A DNA stretch of 64,000 nucleotides from contig CBDCPN010000019.1 of assembly GCA_965220275.1 (NCBI GenBank), positions 89,036 to 153,035 of the forward strand. Direction: 5' to 3'. This document shows positions 62,459-64,000 of this stretch, piece by piece. Below the pieces are notes generated by a model, which was given only the letters and a program-made list of their open reading frames with translations, was not told the DNA's origin and searched no databases. Position 1 is the stretch's first letter; each line of letters opens with the position of its first letter. The position numbers were made by a program, and so were the translations under genes. Source of the DNA: Dehalococcoidia bacterium. Its GTDB lineage: Bacteria; Chloroflexota; Dehalococcoidia; Lucifugimonadales; Lucifugimonadaceae.

Positions 62459-63145
62459 TTACTGCGTGCCGTCGTAAGGGCGCCTCGCGGCTCTTGCAAT
62501 AACGACAAGTGCGACGACGGTCGTCGCGGCAATGCAAATGCTACGGATGTCGGACGAGTGAGCGGTGATCTGAGAATCGGCCCGCTCCTGCGGCTCAACC
62601 GAAGTGAATTCATGAGACTTGCCTGGCACTGCAGCAATTGTGGGCCTGTATCCGGCAACCAATTGGTACGTCGAACGGAAAGCCTTGTACAAGATGAATA
62701 GGGACATCACCAGGCCGCTCCACGCCAGAGGCTCCCACCACCATCGGCCGTCGGGAAGTTCACCAATTGAAGATGCCCAACTTACGGTGAATCCGAACCA
62801 TACGAAAAACCACAGGAGTGGCGAAAGAATTGGGAAAGTTTGTAGAGGCCACGTACTAAGCATCGGAACAATGGAACTGAGAACGAGCATAAACGCTAGT
62901 ACAAATAGTGCACCGGCAATCACCATGACTACGATATCTGGGATGGCTGGAATCGGCACAATAAGAAAATTGGAATTTTGCCTTTCGTCCTCTGGCAGTT
63001 GCAGAGCCCGTGCCAGCAAGAAAACACCTCCAAGTGCGACCACAGCACTGCTAGCGAGCCAATCTTCTCTTAATACTGAATTTTCTTTTGACTCCAATTT
63101 CCCAAGATCCCTCACTGTGTCGGGTTTGTCAACATTCTCACCCAT
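62459..63145 (-). CDS. Hypothetical integral membrane protein (no recognisable family)
   Basis: 228-aa ORF with 4-5 hydrophobic segments and clearly lower G+C than its neighbours. No motif was recognised. Its coding status rests on ORF length and hydrophobicity periodicity only. Confidence 0.5.
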   Translation of the reverse strand: MGENVDKPDTVRDLGKLESKENSVLREDWLASSAVVALGGVFLLARALQLPEDERQNSNFLIVPIPAIPDIVVMVIAGALFVLAFMLVLSSIVPMLSTWPLQTFPILSPLLWFFVWFGFTVSWASSIGELPDGRWWWEPLAWSGLVMSLFILYKAFRSTYQLVAGYRPTIAAVPGKSHEFTSVEPQERADSQITAHSSDIRSICIAATTVVALVVIARAARRPYDGTQ

Positions 63146-63188
63146 TGAGGTTCCAATTGAGGAGGGTTTGTCACTGCTGTTCGAAACC

Positions 63189-64000
63189 CTAGTAGTCCCG
63201 CAACGCCCCGTCGCTGGTGATGATCGGGTGCCGGTAATTTATTTGCGGCGGGTGGTGCTTCAGCGCCTCTTCGTTTAACTCGATGCCGATGCCCGGGGTG
63301 TCCGGCACTACCAGGTGCCCGTCCTCGAGCTTCAGTGGTTCTTTGACCAGGTCGCGTTTGGGCGCCTCGTACTCGGTACCCGTGTACTCCTGTATCGCCA
63401 CGTTGTGGATCGCGGCGTCCAGTTGCACGCACGAAGCCGTCATCACCGGTGAACACGGGTTGTGCGGGACCATGCCCACGTAGCTCGCCTCCGCAAGCGC
63501 GGCGATCTTCTTCAGGTTCGTGAAGCCGCCCGCAACGCTGATGTCCGGCCGCACGTACGCCGACCCGTTTTTGTTCAGCAGGTCTCGGAACTGGTAGATC
63601 GTGTACAGCCGCTCGCCGGAGGCCACCGGTATCGGGATGTTGTTGGCGACGTGGGCCATGGCGTCGATGTTGTCCGGCTCAATCGGGTCCTCGAAGAAGA
63701 ACAGCCCGTACGGCTCCAGCGCCCTGCCCGCCCCTATCGCCTCGGCCGGCGTCAACCGGTTCACGACGTCGATCATCAGGTCCAGTTCCGGCCCGACCGC
63801 GTTTCGAACGGCCTCGGTGTACGCCACCATCTTCCGGATGACTCCCTGGAACGAATTCGGCAGCCCCCGCTCAAACGGGTCGAGCGGATAGAACCGCAAC
63901 GCCGTGTACCCCTCTTCGGCCAGCCGCACCGCATTGTCGGCCATCTCCTCCGGCGAATCGCCAACCACGTGAACGTAAACGCGCACGCGCTCCCGCGTCG
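63189..64000 (-). CDS. Enolase-superfamily sugar-acid dehydratase-like protein (galactonate dehydratase family), N-terminus outside the window
   Basis: RERVRVYVHV...PEEMADNAVRLAEEGYTALRF, FFEDP, ASGERLYT, and the C-terminal DGHLVVPDTPGIGIELNEEAL. The reading frame stays open to the window edge. Confidence 0.85.
   Translation of the reverse strand, partial: TRERVRVYVHVVGDSPEEMADNAVRLAEEGYTALRFYPLDPFERGLPNSFQGVIRKMVAYTEAVRNAVGPELDLMIDVVNRLTPAEAIGAGRALEPYGLFFFEDPIEPDNIDAMAHVANNIPIPVASGERLYTIYQFRDLLNKNGSAYVRPDISVAGGFTNLKKIAALAEASYVGMVPHNPCSPVMTASCVQLDAAIHNVAIQEYTGTEYEAPKRDLVKEPLKLEDGHLVVPDTPGIGIELNEEALKHHPPQINYRHPIITSDGALRDY

Overview
High-G+C (by eye) bacterial chromosomal fragment with about 50 protein genes, 2 tRNAs and several non-coding repeat structures. 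All calls come from reading the ORF translations and the DNA; no database search was possible. PKS and P450 domain borders are approximate (about +/-30 nt).

Layout:
- 0.3-6.5 kb: a complete Opp/Dpp-type peptide ABC importer.
- 6.6-19.2 kb: a run of catabolic enzymes (SMP-30 lactonase, amidohydrolase, phosphotriesterase-family protein, class IV aminotransferase, SDR, TPP enzyme, XdhC/MocA, enolase-superfamily), plus tRNA-Gly and a VapBC toxin-antitoxin pair.
- 19.4-48.1 kb: the main feature. It starts right after a tRNA-Met. A 3432-aa type I PKS (KS-AT-DH-cMT-ER-KR-ACP-KS-AT0) is followed by a discrete ACP, an Sfp-type PPTase and an alpha/beta hydrolase. These sit among genes that look like eukaryotic sterol-tailoring enzymes: an ERG4/ERG24-family reductase, an ERG6-like sterol C-24 methyltransferase, a Rieske oxygenase with an atypical SDR, a cytochrome P450 fused to a GPP34/GOLPH3-like domain, a COG2907-type FAD oxidoreductase and a PhyH dioxygenase. 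A permease, a second ACP paralogue and a class III aminotransferase are also present. No oxidosqualene cyclase or squalene epoxidase is in the window. I regard this as a candidate undescribed lipid (sterol and/or methyl-branched acyl) modification cluster.
- 48.1-48.7 kb: six tandem ~96-bp hairpin-containing repeat units.
- 48.9-64 kb: more catabolic genes, with two small insertion-like cassettes. One is a eukaryote-like phospholipid scramblase homologue flanked by short repeats. The other is an AAA+ ATPase bracketed by a 161-bp duplication of the 3' end of an SDR gene.

Taxonomy cannot be decided from the sequence. Gene content is reminiscent of Chloroflexota (SAR202-like) or Actinomycetota, possibly host- or sponge-associated, but that is a guess.
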